DNA from: Oopsacas minuta
Taxonomy: Eukaryota > Animalia > Porifera
DNA: 64,000 nucleotides
Reading direction: 5' to 3'
Assembly (NCBI GenBank): GCA_024704765.1
Contig: JAKMXF010000342.1
Location: 157,351-221,350 of the forward strand
Shown piece after piece: positions 1 to 12,600 of the stretch; position 1 is the stretch's first letter, and the number at the start of each line of letters is the position of its first letter. Made by a program: the position numbers and the translations under genes. The notes beneath the pieces are model-generated. The model was not told the origin of the DNA. It was given only the letters and a program-made list of their open reading frames with translations, and searched no databases.

Positions 1-1400
1 TTGATCGTTGTCATCCTTTCTTATCAAGCATCGTCTTACCACATTACCAGTAGTCGTTGTGCCACCTTGTGTTGAAGGGATGTCAATGATAATATTGAGA
101 TTGTCTTTAATTAAACTTGTAATGAAAGTTTTAGCACCTGAGACTCACCTAGAAGTTGGTGACCACTTAAATACTCCTGCGTGCAAATGGCTAATTAGAT
201 GTAAAACCAGCCAAAACATCGGAGATATGCATGCAAAGGCGAACTGGGTATGATTTCTTAGTTAGATATTGGTCTGTGTGTAACGTTGAATCTGTTGTCA
301 GAAGATAATGATAGAAACTCCTCTTCGTTAACTTCATCAAATAATACTTTGAGGTCTGTGATGGATCGATTAATTGGAAAACCGTCTTTTACGATATCAG
401 GATCATGGATATGTTTGAATGTCGCTGTGCAGAATTGGCAACATGCACTCCCAGCTTCACTAATAAATCTTAGCCATTTTGCTATTCAATTGTGAACGTT
501 GAATTTCAACTTCACAAAATCCGCTTGTTAGTTCTAAACCATTTTCCGTTATCTCTGTGGACTCCTTATTGATTAGGGTATCCATAAGATATCGAATATT
601 GTCTTCGTTCTCCTGTAGAGCTAGTATCGCAGCGGGTCAAATTGAGAAATGAGAATTTGGTAGAGGGTTTTTCCAAATCAGTTTGTTATTGATGTCGGAT
701 ATGGAAATCACCTTAAACCCGAATAAAATAAAACATTTGTTGAAATATTGGGGTGAGCAGCTTGCTTATGAACTCTGTGAGAGCCAGAACCGTCAAGTCC
801 ATCTGAAATTCGCATCTTTTTAGGATTGCTGGCGCTGGGAATTTCATTGGCAGAAGCAGTCAATATTCTGTTTACTGTATGAGTCAGAAGCTTTTTGTAA
901 GATACAGCAATGCCTACCCGATGTTCTCTATCAACTGAAAAGATGTCATTAGTCAAGCAAATTTGAGATCGATGGGTAGCTAATCGATTGTAACCTGGAA
1001 GCTGGACATCTGAAAGCAATAAACATCTTAAATCGATGTATTTCTTCTTTCCAATTTCTAAAGAATCCATCAAGAACGCACTTTGATCGCAGGTTAGTTT
1101 ATTGCAGACTGGACCGAAGCTTCCCTTAGCAATAATTTCTTTACAGAACTTGGTAGTAGTAAAGTCGTATTCAGTCTGTGAACATAGCATCATCGGGTAA
1201 CAGGATAGTTTTTTACTGGAAACATTCTCCTGTACAGCAACATTTTAAGATGTGTTAATAAAGAGGACAATGGGCTGCGAAGACCTTTAGTTGATAATTC
1301 CCTCAAAGGCTTACGGGTGACCATACTAAAATCTTCTTCGAAAACAGAGATTGATTGGCTAGAAGAAACACTCCCAATCACCATGACTACATCTGAGCAT
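1..1400 (-). pseudogene. Degenerate Transib/RAG1-like transposase, running off the left edge of the window
   Basis: Joining the minus frames (ORFs 1190-1384 and 708-1193 plus my translation of 1-707) gives RKPLRELSTKGLRS...MRISDGLDGSGSHR...IWKNPLPNSHFSI*P...QRSQLNSKM...CQFCTAT...RFNVTHRPI...SPLHAYLRCFGW...GGTTTTGNVVRRCL. These are colinear with RAG1/Transib core motifs (DG first Asp, PNS, second-Asp region, CxxC, LH, GN..RR). About four frameshifts and several stops. Confidence 0.8.
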
Positions 1401-2544
1401 TGATAACCTGTACTTAATCTCGGGTGTTTAAGTGATATGTGAAAAGGTATCGCATTCCAAGTAGTTATATCGGCTCATTTCAGGTATTCTCTCCTATCTT
1501 CTCTGAGGGTCGAAAAATTTCTCCGAACTGTATCATGCTCTGTTTCTCCCGAATCATTGAGGACAATAAACAAAGACGCGAGAGAAGTGATTGTTTTGTG
1601 CTTTTGTGCAGTTAAGAACGTGTATGCATCTTCGTTATTCATAATGAAAATGTGCTAACCAACAACCACAACAATTATTTATGATTTATATGGGCCAAAA
1701 ATTAGATAATTGTGAATGGATTACATTTTAAAATGCCGCAAAAGTATCGTTGACACTTCCTGACACCGTAATTTAAAGAGTATATGTAGAGGACGCAAAG
1801 AGCTATTAGGAAAGTGTAATGGAAGGTTCCGCAAGTGAAGGCAAAAAGTACCAGAGTTTTAATGAAACATGTTTCTATTTATTGCAATTGCACGAACAAG
1901 TTTGTTTAAAATGAGAATAGTAAATTCCATCTGTTCATTGGAGCCAAGAATAACGTGATTTATTATTCAGCAACATAAGAGCTTTCGATTGGTACACTAT
2001 AAATAGCAGGCATTTGATGTGGAGAATCCAAATCATTCAAAATTACATCATGACCAAAAATTGATACCATAAATCAATCTTTCGAATTTCAGTTATTCTC
2101 TCATTGCAATAGACATAGGAGCTAAATGGAAAGTCTATTGTAGAGATGTCAAATGTTTTCCGAGGTTTGTGGGGGTGATGAATTCAAAAATCAACATTAT
2201 AGAGCAATTTGAGATTATATTTTTTCCACCCATTTCCACATGCCGTGACATTGTGTGCTGGAGTAGACTCTCGATAATCAGAATAGCAGGGCAAACATTT
2301 AGTTGTGAAAAGTGTTCGAAATTCATATCGACAAAATGCTATAATCTACTTTGGTGCTTGGTTTTCGGATCGTGTGACCATTTCGGCCCAAATAGTAATA
2401 AATAAGCTATCAAATATGCGAAAGTTCAATTCCAAATTTCACATACGCCTGAGTTATATGAAAATACACTATTTCAGCTATCCGAACACCAAAATGAGAG
2501 TGCATAAAAAAGGTGTTGTGCACTGTAATAGTATAAAAGAAGCA

Positions 2545-3660
2545 GATTAAAGTGAATCAAATTTAGGAAATTTTGATCGATATATTCGGGTGTGAACAAA
2601 AAATAACAAATATTTTCTGGACAAGGGATAAATACGAAGTGCATTGTAGTTGATTAGAAGACAAAACATAAAAATAAATAAATATTTTGAAGGTATGATC
2701 AATTATCACAAATATAATGTGATAAATCACACATTTCTCACCTTGAAATATTTTCAGCTCGAAAAGAAATCATGTTATCGCCAAATAGGTTGATATGTTG
2801 GAAAATGCTAACGCTATAAAACGAATAGTATTGATCTAGAATTTCCAAGTTCAACTATGAAGTAATCGAAATATATTTTTGTACAAAATATCAAAAAATT
2901 GTCATGATAAAGTTGGCTAGTTCTTGAGCTACAGCTGAAGCCATGGATTGCACTTCTATGTGAATACTCACTTAAAACTGGATAATCGTTACAGTTATAG
3001 TTTTATCAGGGTACCCAAATTATAATACACACCGAACTTCCTATAGCCTGGTAATACATTATGATGTGATATCTCACAAGAATATTCCGCAATCTATAAA
3101 ATGACAATATGCATTCATGATTGCGTCACGACGAGATATGACATCAAAAAGTATTATCAGACTATGGGAAGTTAGGTATATATGATTGGCCATCTTGATA
3201 GTACTATAACTGTAACGATTATCGAGGTAAAGTGAATATTGACACAGAAGTGAAACCCATGATTCCAGCTGTAACTCAATAACTATCCAACTCTAGCATG
3301 ACAATTTTTAGATATTTGTATAAAAATATATTTGGATTATTAGTAAGTTAAATTTGAAATTAAAGAAAATTGTAAATTTATTGATTTAGCAGTTTTCCAA
3401 CATATCAGCTAATTAGGCTATTACATGAAGTCTTTCAGACCTGAAAATATATTTTAAATGTGGAATGTGTGATTCATCTCATCATATTTCGAAACTTGAT
3501 GATAGCATCAATATATTTGCTATTATCATGAGTTACAGAATTGGAATCAACAATAGTACACTTCTTGATTATCTCTGGGCCAGGGAAATAATTATAGTTT
3601 CTAGTCTTATATTACATAATTCAGGTTTCAGGCTAAAATTTGATGACCTCTAACTTAGAT
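2545..3660. repeat. Long imperfect inverted repeat (foldback-like, arms ~500 bp, centre ~3075-3135), no ORF
   Basis: GATAATCGTTACAGTTATAG (~2981-3000) pairs with CTATAACTGTAACGATTATC (~3205-3224). GTTGATATGTTGGAAAA pairs with TTTTCCAACATATCAGC. AAATCACACATT pairs with AATGTGTGATTC. Matching continues outward with growing divergence; outer limits are approximate. Confidence 0.8.
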
Positions 3661-5878
3661 GCAGCAAAATTGATGAATTCTTTGTACTCCATCAAAAACA
3701 TCTGCTTGAATGTCCCTAAGATTAAGTTGTGTATATAGATTTTTGCAGAATTGATGAAAAGAAAATTATGTAGATTTCTGAAAGTTAGTCCAAAAGACGC
3801 GAATATCTCACAATGAGCAAACCATGTCGCATCAACAGCTATTGATCTAGATCTCTAGTGGTTCTAGTGAACACAAGAATAGGCAAAGTTCGTTAGCAAA
3901 ATGTATCCATCGATTTTAACCTATATAATTGGTCAAACAAGGTTTGTCAAATCATATCATTCTATGTACTAAGGTAAAGGTAGTCACTAAAATAATTGGA
4001 CCATGGATGCACCAATTTATTCAATTTAAAATTATTCTATATCACTGTATACCTGTAATTACGAATTTATTGGTCATCCCGTCCACCAAATGTCATCAGC
4101 ATGTGTTAAATCTATAAACAGCATCGTCTTTTATGCAAATAGAATAAAATTATCAAATTATGTGCAGTTTATACAAGTCATAATACAATAAACATATATT
4201 ACATCAACATCAACATTCTAAAGGATTTGGTTTTAGTCTTTCTAGCAAACAATATATTTTGTACTCTCCTACCACAATATAGAAACATAATAAGGAGAAC
4301 GTCCTGGCAGGAAGGGCCTCTAGTACCTTTGAAATACACCTGGAAGTCGAAAGATTTGGGCCTCTTAGAATCTTTGTTGATAATTGCGGCTTCGTGAACC
4401 TCAACCTGCTATTTCTCGGTTTCATAAACTCAGGTCTAGCAGCCATTCTTCGTCCACTTGCAATTGGATTTCTCAAGCTAGTTCCATTTACGAACCCATT
4501 CGTTATTATCAACACTCTCTAAAGGGACTCTGCCAGAACGGAAACTATAACCTCAACTCATTGTCCTTCAATAACAAGAAAAGATCAAAAAATAACAGTA
4601 GAGCTCGGATAGGAAATTCAAACGAAAATTGGTATGTGATAACTGAAGTATGTCTTATCCGAATATTCAGCCTATACAATGGATAGGACAATATAAAATA
4701 CATTTAGAGAATGGTATGTACTAACAGAAGTCAGCAAAAGCAGAGTAAGTACTAATCAAGTTGTACTGTATCTACTATAGTGGCTTTTTCTATTTCGTGC
4801 AATGGAAAGTAACTCTTTAAGGACCAAAATACCCTGAAAAATAGCCTGACACTAATATATCGAGCAGGAGAGCACGCTGACTATTCTTGTAAACACAGAA
4901 CTTTCATCGACGAATCATGGCATGTTGAACATGTATTATGGATTGAAAGAAAGGGTAGAATTACAATAATGCACCTAATGTATTGATGACACATTTCAAC
5001 TATCTGTTGGTGTTTGTGATAGAACTCGCTGAGAGAGGATCCTCAGGACAAAGTACACAAGATCGGACAAAAACAGACGAAGTTACAAAAATTTCCTAAA
5101 TAAGCCGAGTACTATGGAGGAATTATATTAGTAACTATGTTGAAATAATGCTGAGGAATTCTAAACAAACTACTATAGGTAGTATAGGCGGAATTAGGAT
5201 CAATTGGGTGGTCACTGGCACACCTTGAAATCAGTGCACCCAGCAAGATTCAGTTCCATAATAACACCAAAAATATAGAGAGGATGGGCAAGACGTGATC
5301 TCGTCCACCCCGAATCGGACCCCTAGTTGTGCCATTGCCATATGAATGACATATTTAATCTTGTGGAATTTTCACGCTTTTGTCAGTTACCTCTTTCATG
5401 ACTATAATTGATTGCGAAACATTTAAACAACCTATAATGTATGATGTGGCGTTGAAACTGGATATTTAGATCAACGATAATGCATGATTTAGATCAACGC
5501 TTGATGATAATTTTGTTCAAGGGGGATTATTTCCCTTTACTCCTTAATAATTAAACGCGCGAACGAGTGTAGAGAGTATTGGAGGGAAGCAGAAATGAAC
5601 ACGAATGACGCGCGAATCGCGCTATATCAAGTCTTCGGAGAATTGTAAAAGGAACAATAGATATTTTCTAGCAATTCCTAGAAAACAAGTCCAAATTTCG
5701 ACTCAATTTTCTATCAAAATCAGCACCAAAGCAGGACGAGTGTTATCTTAGCAGCCGATTCAGCAGCAGATTCAAATCCCCACTAAAACACCTTTTCTCA
5801 AAAAGTATGGGTTCTATTTTGAAAAGGACCATCCAGTGTCAAGAAGAAAGTTGGTACATTTCATATCACCACTCATAA

Positions 5879-8600
5879 CACTGCTCAACAATTTTTTTTC
5901 ATTTTTTGTTGCATGAGATTTTTCAATTGATTCTGTATAATTTTGGGATGCTGATTTCAAATCTGCAATCAGTTTCTTTCTGCATGCTCTAGTTTTCATG
6001 CAATCGACAATTTAAATTTTTTCGTTTGTGGTACTTATTTAGTACATAAATCTGATCTCCACCAAATACTTTTTATCTATCAAGCCATTTTTCTTAGATT
6101 GTAGCTGTTACTATGATTTAGTAATGGCTTCAATCTATTGAAAACAAAAGCACCACTCTATTGTTCTCTGAAAACATGACACTATTAGCGAAGTGTCAAA
6201 ATTTAAATAAATCAAAAATCATCATGTGGATTTTTTTGAAATGATTTAATTCAAACAACCCTAAGTGATTGTAGTGAAGTATCGTGGATAGATGCAGCAG
6301 AATAGGCATTTAAGCTGTATTTTTCCGCTCGTCTGCTGGTAGCCTTAATTAGAACCAAGGTTTTGTTATTCAGTTTGTTTGTGTTAAGTTACATAGATAT
6401 CAACAGACTTTCTTTCGATTCTTAACTCTTCAGATTTGATCATGGCTTCTTCTAGTAGACATAAATGCAAAAATAACCCTGATTCATTTTGTTACATCTG
6501 TGGTGTGTATACGCTTTCGCGTCAAAGACGAAATATAACATCGTTTGTGAAGCGTGCCTACATAGCATACTTTGGTATCCCTCTTGGTGATCAAGATAAG
6601 AAATGGTCTCCTCATATTGTGTGCCATAACTGCGAAGAAATGCTCCGAGACTGGACAAAAGGAAAGCGGAAGGGTCTGCCTTTTGCCATTCCAATTGTGT
6701 GGCCTGAACCCCAAGACCACACGACTGACTGCTACTTTTGCATGGTCAATACAAAAGGTGTTGGCAAGAAGAGCCGACAAACGCTTTCTTATCCTAGTAT
6801 ACCATCAGCTATGCGACCTGTCCCGCACTCTGATAGACTTCCTCCTCCGGTTTTTAGTGGTTTTGCTTTTCCTAATGATGAAGAAACTAAATTGGAAAGG
6901 GAAGAGATCGTAGAGATGGAATATCAAAAAACAGACACAGAATCAGAATCTGAAGATTCTTCTTGTGAAACCAGAGTAACTGTCCAGCAGTTTAATCAAT
7001 CAGAACTGAATGACTTAGTACGTGATTTAGATCTGCCCAAGCAAGCAGCTGAGCTCTTAGCCTCCAGGCTCAAAGAAAAACAGGCGCTGGATCAATCTGT
7101 AAAGGTTTCCTTTTTTCGAAAAAGAGAAGAATTCCTTCTGCCTTATTTTTCAGTAGAAAATAAGCTGGTATATTGCAACGATATTCCTGGTCTTCTCGGA
7201 CAACTGGGTATCTCCTCATATGATCCAGGAGAATGGCGATTGTTTTTGGACAGTTCCAAGCGCAGCCTCAAGTGTGTTCTTTTACACAATGGAAATGTTT
7301 ATGGAGCTGTTCCAGTTGGTCACTCCACTGTCTTGAAGGAACAGCATGATGACATTAGAATTGTTATGGATTTACTCGGATATCATGATCACAACTGGAT
7401 CATTTGTGTTGACCTCAAAATGGTTAGTTTTCTGCTAGGTCAGCAAAAAGGATACACTAAATTTCCATGTTATCTGTGCATGTGGGACAGCAGAGCACGT
7501 GAAAAACATTGGATACAGAAGGAGTGGCCCTTACGTGGAACATTTCAAGCTGGCATGCCTAACGTAACACACGACCCGATCGTAAACAGAGACAAAATTG
7601 TTTTTCCACCCCTGCACATCAAGCTAGGTCTGATGAAACAGTTCGTTAAAGCCCTAAATCCTGACAATGAATCCTTTCATCATCTTGTGTATACTTTCCC
7701 TGCTTTGTCATATGATAAAATCAAAGCAGGAGTGTTTGATGGACCACAGATACGTACACTTATTCGCGACAAAAACTTCATTCAGAAAATGAATGTCAGG
7801 GAGAAAGCTGCATGGCTATCTTTTGTGGATGTTATACAGAACTTTCTTGGTAACAGAAAAGCTCCAAACTATGAAATGCTTGTATCCAAGATACTCTCAG
7901 GGTTTCGTGATTTGGGATGCAACATGAGCATAAAAGTACATTTTCTGTACAGCCACCTGGACAAATTCCCTGAAAACCTTGGGGCTGTCAGTGACGAACA
8001 GGGAGAGCGTTTCCACCAGGATCTTATGACAGTGGAAGAACGTTACCAAGGTCGATGGGATCGACATATGATGGCAGACTATTGTTGGGGCATTAAACGT
8101 GACTGTCCTCACAAAGCGTACAAACGCAGAAGTTATAAGAGGAAATTTTGTCCAGATTTGTAGAATATTTGAATCTTTTGCATCTTGTCATTGATCGCTT
8201 TAAGTTACTATTGAAGATTGCCATCGTTCTTTTCTACGTTATTTTGCAAAAAAAAATAAATTTTTACATGCATATTACCAGCAAAACTGTTGTTTTTTAC
8301 ATTTTTTAAAACATTTGTTGCCCATCTGTCTACAAATACAATTTCTATTGGCAACATAAAAGTTTTTTGGCACCTATTTTTGTTTTGAGGCTAGTTATCC
8401 AACTGTAAGCAGAACATCATTTGACAAATCATGTCACTTTTTCAAAAAATATGAATTTTGTGCAAAAAAATTAAAAATCTCGATTTGCAAAAAATCTAGA
8501 GCTTGCGGAAAAAAACTAAGGTCGGATTCGGATTCAGCGCCCCAATATTAGGTAAAAACAAGTGTTGGTAGAAATGCAACAAAATTTTTGTTGAGGAGTG
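5879..8600 (+). mobile_element. Chapaev3-type (CMC) DNA transposon, apparently complete, 2722 bp
   Basis: Termini CACTGCTCAACAATTTTT and AAAATTTTTGTTGAGGAGTG. 3-bp TSD TAA at 5876-5878 and 8601-8603. The empty site can be reconstructed from the host element's right TIR. CAC...GTG ends with a TWA TSD fit Chapaev3. Confidence 0.9.
6436..8163 (+). CDS. Chapaev3-type transposase, 575 aa, uninterrupted
   Basis: N-terminal Cys/His zinc-finger (CKNNPDSFCYICG...PHIVCHNC...HTTDCYFC), LFLDSSKRSLK, ICVDLK, CYLCMWDSR, PPLHIKLGLMK, SDEQGERFHQD. Confidence 0.9.
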   Translation: MIMASSSRHKCKNNPDSFCYICGVYTLSRQRRNITSFVKRAYIAYFGIPLGDQDKKWSPHIVCHNCEEMLRDWTKGKRKGLPFAIPIVWPEPQDHTTDCYFCMVNTKGVGKKSRQTLSYPSIPSAMRPVPHSDRLPPPVFSGFAFPNDEETKLEREEIVEMEYQKTDTESESEDSSCETRVTVQQFNQSELNDLVRDLDLPKQAAELLASRLKEKQALDQSVKVSFFRKREEFLLPYFSVENKLVYCNDIPGLLGQLGISSYDPGEWRLFLDSSKRSLKCVLLHNGNVYGAVPVGHSTVLKEQHDDIRIVMDLLGYHDHNWIICVDLKMVSFLLGQQKGYTKFPCYLCMWDSRAREKHWIQKEWPLRGTFQAGMPNVTHDPIVNRDKIVFPPLHIKLGLMKQFVKALNPDNESFHHLVYTFPALSYDKIKAGVFDGPQIRTLIRDKNFIQKMNVREKAAWLSFVDVIQNFLGNRKAPNYEMLVSKILSGFRDLGCNMSIKVHFLYSHLDKFPENLGAVSDEQGERFHQDLMTVEERYQGRWDRHMMADYCWGIKRDCPHKAYKRRSYKRKFCPDL

Positions 8601-9187
8601 TAATCACCAAATTTTATGATGAGTAAGCAATTTTGCATTACATTATGGTCGAGGTTTTTTTATTAATATCTCCTGAAATAATTGTGATAACAACTTATCA
8701 TTTTAATCATATTTACATCTCACTTGGTACATTGTGCATATCCAATTTGAAATTAAAATAATTATTTTTGAAAAAGTTACTACCGCCACAACTTTACATA
8801 GGAATTACATAGACGACCAGTTTTTGCTTGATGATTGTATGCTTTGTAGCTATGTATTGATTACTTGAATATTTTTAATATAAATTTACTTATGATGACT
8901 AATTTCTTGAAGTCAAATGTATTCCTTCTCAATTATTAGGACCAGTTATGTCAGTTTAGATTTTTGAACTTAGTATTAAGTTAAGAATGTAATATCAATC
9001 AACAAGCATTTGTAACTGTAACTGATTTATTTCGTTTCTCATGACCTTAATACTCTTGATATTCTTCAACTTTATTTTATTTAAACTTCATTTCTTCCAC
9101 AAATTTTTTTCATTACAACAGTCCTACTAAATTTCATTCAAATTCAATCATGTGAGTATCTTTCTTAATTAATTTTTTAATACTACA

Positions 9188-9337
9188 CAGTCCACTCCCG
9201 TTATATCGAAGTCTGAGATTATACAAATATAGTCACAAATTGTTAAAGAAACATAAATGTCATCAGTTATATTGAAATCCGCGTATATAGAAGTAATTAT
9301 TGCAGTTCCTTGCTTCCGATATAAGAGAAGTTGACTG
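9188..9337. mobile_element. Tc1/pogo-type MITE inside the Mutator element
   Basis: Ends CAGTCCACTCCCGTTATATCGAA and TTCCGATATAAGAGAAGTTGACTG, with TA on the right flank. Confidence 0.6.
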
Positions 9338-9630
9338 TAGTTATATGCAAATGTGTCAGAAAATTAGTCGTTCTTTTTGGCATAGATTGTGTTTTTATTT
9401 CGAACCATGACATCTCTGGAACAATTTGTAGCTGCAATTACCCAACTGGGCTACAATGATTTTGATAAACTTAAGGTACCCTTGGATAACGGAGACAGGC
9501 GAAGGGCGAAGTCAGTATAGGGGAAGTTATCCATCCTCATGTTCAATAAGAATAACCAAACACACGTGCTCCTCTCTACTTAAAATAGAAACTAAATCGC
9601 AATCATTTTCAACATTATATAAAACAAAGT

Positions 9631-12600
9631 ATGGAAGGTAACAGCCGTAAGTTGAATAGCGATTCCGATACTGATATATTCCAGTTGGCTGTAGAACACG
9701 TTGGCACCAGGTTAGATTCAGATAGTATTTATGTTAATAGTTTAGATCCTAGTAATATTAGTAGTAGTCAATTAGATACAGATTTTAGTGTAGATAGCTT
9801 GGAGCGGGAAGTGTCAAATAGAAAATTCTTAGGCTTATTGGCATCTGGTTGCGATCAACCTGAACTATATAGTTTGAAGAGTACCCTGTGTTCTTCTCCT
9901 CCTCAGACTGAGGTAACCGATACCCTCATTTGGACTTTCATTGATTGTGATAATCTTCTATAGTTAGACGCACTGAAATTTTTAGGGTCAGAATGTCCTA
10001 GTATTAGTGGCGAATTCATGCTCATTAATGGGATAATTTATGAGGAGTGCAAAAATTTTAATGAGTTTCTATATGAGCACCTAAGAAACTTTAGGCTTGT
10101 TAAGAGAGATAGTTGCTTGTTAGAAGCATGGATATTAGTTGGCAACATCAACTGTCGAATTTTGGATTTGTTTGGAAGTGCTTATCTCATTATCACAGTT
10201 GCACAACTCGAAGAATTTCTTAACTTTGCTTTATTCATTCGAGAAAATATGGATCTAATATTTTCATTTCATTCAACTCTATAAGAAAAACTAGGCAAAG
10301 TTAAATCTTCAAAAATTCCGTTGTTAGTTGATTCACATCCAAATATGTTATCTAAACTTGCATTTGATATTGGTCACTCAGAAACTAGTGTTGTCATCGA
10401 TAAATATAACGTTAATTATGTGTCACTTGTCCCAACCCTAGATGATGGTGATATTCTGGAAGAGGTAATCATTGACGAGTCCAGTACTATGGAACAAAGA
10501 CGGGTAGCTTTTTACTTAACTTTATAGAATGAGAAATGTTACTAGAATCGTGGGTGATCGTGTTATACTTTCAAAAGATTGACTAACTTATTTAATTCCA
10601 AATTGGAAGGGATATTTCATTGTGTACTTTGTTTTAAATACCACAAAATAAAGAAATCTAAAAGTAGAAAACTGAACAGTTGTTTTTTCAGTGCAAATGC
10701 AGAGTGTAAATTTCGCAATTGTTTTACTTTTACATTCATTATTAACAAAATCCTCTTGAAAGTGACACCAATGATTGTATTATCGTGAATTACATAGTTT
10801 CTGGTACTCTATCTGATTAACATATAGATAATAACATTGTTTACGCAAGAAATTTGTGTAATTCTATTAGGTTAAAAGTAGCAACACAAATAGCAAACAC
10901 ATCTGTAAGTAAATATTTCTATAACCAATTCGAGTCTACAGAAAATAGAAATTTAGCGGTTAATTTCGGCAATCTAAACAAAATTAAAAGCGCTGCTGTA
11001 TTAAGGAAGGCAAAATTTGATTTGTCAAGTTTACAGAGGTTCTCTAATGGTAATTGGAGCGAATTGATTAGTTGACAACAGTATTATCGGAATGCTATAA
11101 TGGATAGTAATGTTGGAGGGTACATTCAGTCATTAGGACATAACCTCTTTATTATTCATTTATATACTGAAGACCAAATTAAAAAATATTAAAATGTTTT
11201 AAAGATAAAAGCATAATTCTTCACCTAGATGTAACTGGCTCAATCATTCGAAAGATTGAACCTTCCCAGCACAAAGTATTTTATTATGCTCTCACAGTAC
11301 AACATCCAACTTGTTCTACCAGTCTCGTACCTCCGGCAGAGATGGTCAGTTCTGGTCATACTAGCACTGAGATTAGTTAATTTCTACACAAATGGTATCT
11401 TGGTGCAAAGAAAATATTAGGTTATAATATCAACATAGGACAAATTGAGATCGATTTCAGCTGGGCGTTAATTCATAGTGTGTGTAATGCTTTTCTTAAA
11501 TGTGGCATCGATACATATCTTGATAAATGATGGAATAGAGTGGATACAAATTCTGTCAATCAGGAACTAGAATTATACTTGATTCTCCATTTATGTTCTG
11601 CCTATATAATGCATGGTATTGGCTTTCACATTAATAGGAAATTTAAGTTAAATAAAGAAGTGAGAAACTTGTTTTTGTATTCCTTTGGGTATCTGGTGCG
11701 TTGCACTAATATTACTCAAATAAGTTATGTGTTTAAGAGTAAATATATGAATGAACATGTATTAACCAATATTAGAACATTAGAGTATTATATTAGTGAC
11801 AGTTATTCTGATTTAGATGATACAAATGAAAGTTTATAGGATGAGGGTAGTGATAATGATCCCATCGATATTAAGGATGGTAAAACCCTAAGAGACAGAT
11901 CTACCTTTGGCAAACATTTTGCATATATAAGTAAACAATGTGAAATGCTATCAACAATAATCACACCAAAATATTTGATTCGAATCCTTGCTATTATCCT
12001 AGCCTTATAGAATATATTTTAACTTACTACTTACTGAAACCTATTCTGCCATTATGGAGTGGTGTTATATTAGGTCCCCACAGTGTTTCAGTTGGAAATA
12101 ATTATTCGTATTATAGTAACGCCATTGTAGAGAACTGGATGCGTATAGTTAAATTAGATATTTTGAATTCGAAATCAAATTTGAGGCCTGGGATTTCATT
12201 AGAGTATTATATCCCGGTATAACTAGTAGAATTTCCGCTTTCAATTTTACTTTTCATCCCTGATCTGATAGAACTTTTAAAGGTCGTAAGCGAATAAGAG
12301 ATATTTCAGGAGAAAAATGTAGTGAAGAATGGTCCAGGAAAAAGAAACAGCATTGTGGCTATTTGAAGTCGAAAACATATGAATTTCCTCAATTTAATAG
12401 AGATAAAACTGTCGTAGAAGATAAATTAATCCCTATTAAGCGTCAGAAGTTGTCTACGTTACGCATGATTTGCAAATCACCAGAAATTAAGACTGCGTCA
12501 ATTATTACCGATGAAGAATTGGTAGAGTCTAGTATAATACGATATACTATAGCAAGCCTTCGTCCACCACACGTTGAATGTAAAATTGCTACCTGTAAGA

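Noticed and set aside
4210-4760. Overlapping ~100-aa ORFs and an imperfect duplication (TGGTATGT...AC(T/A)GAAGT) with a GTAAGT at ~4745, considered as a CFAP100 upstream exon
   Set aside because: No similarity to the expected CFAP100 sequence and no domain motif.
6452-8112. Small ORFs overlapping the Chapaev3 transposase, and similar shadow ORFs over other elements
   Set aside because: Antisense or alternative-frame by-products of the main coding frame.
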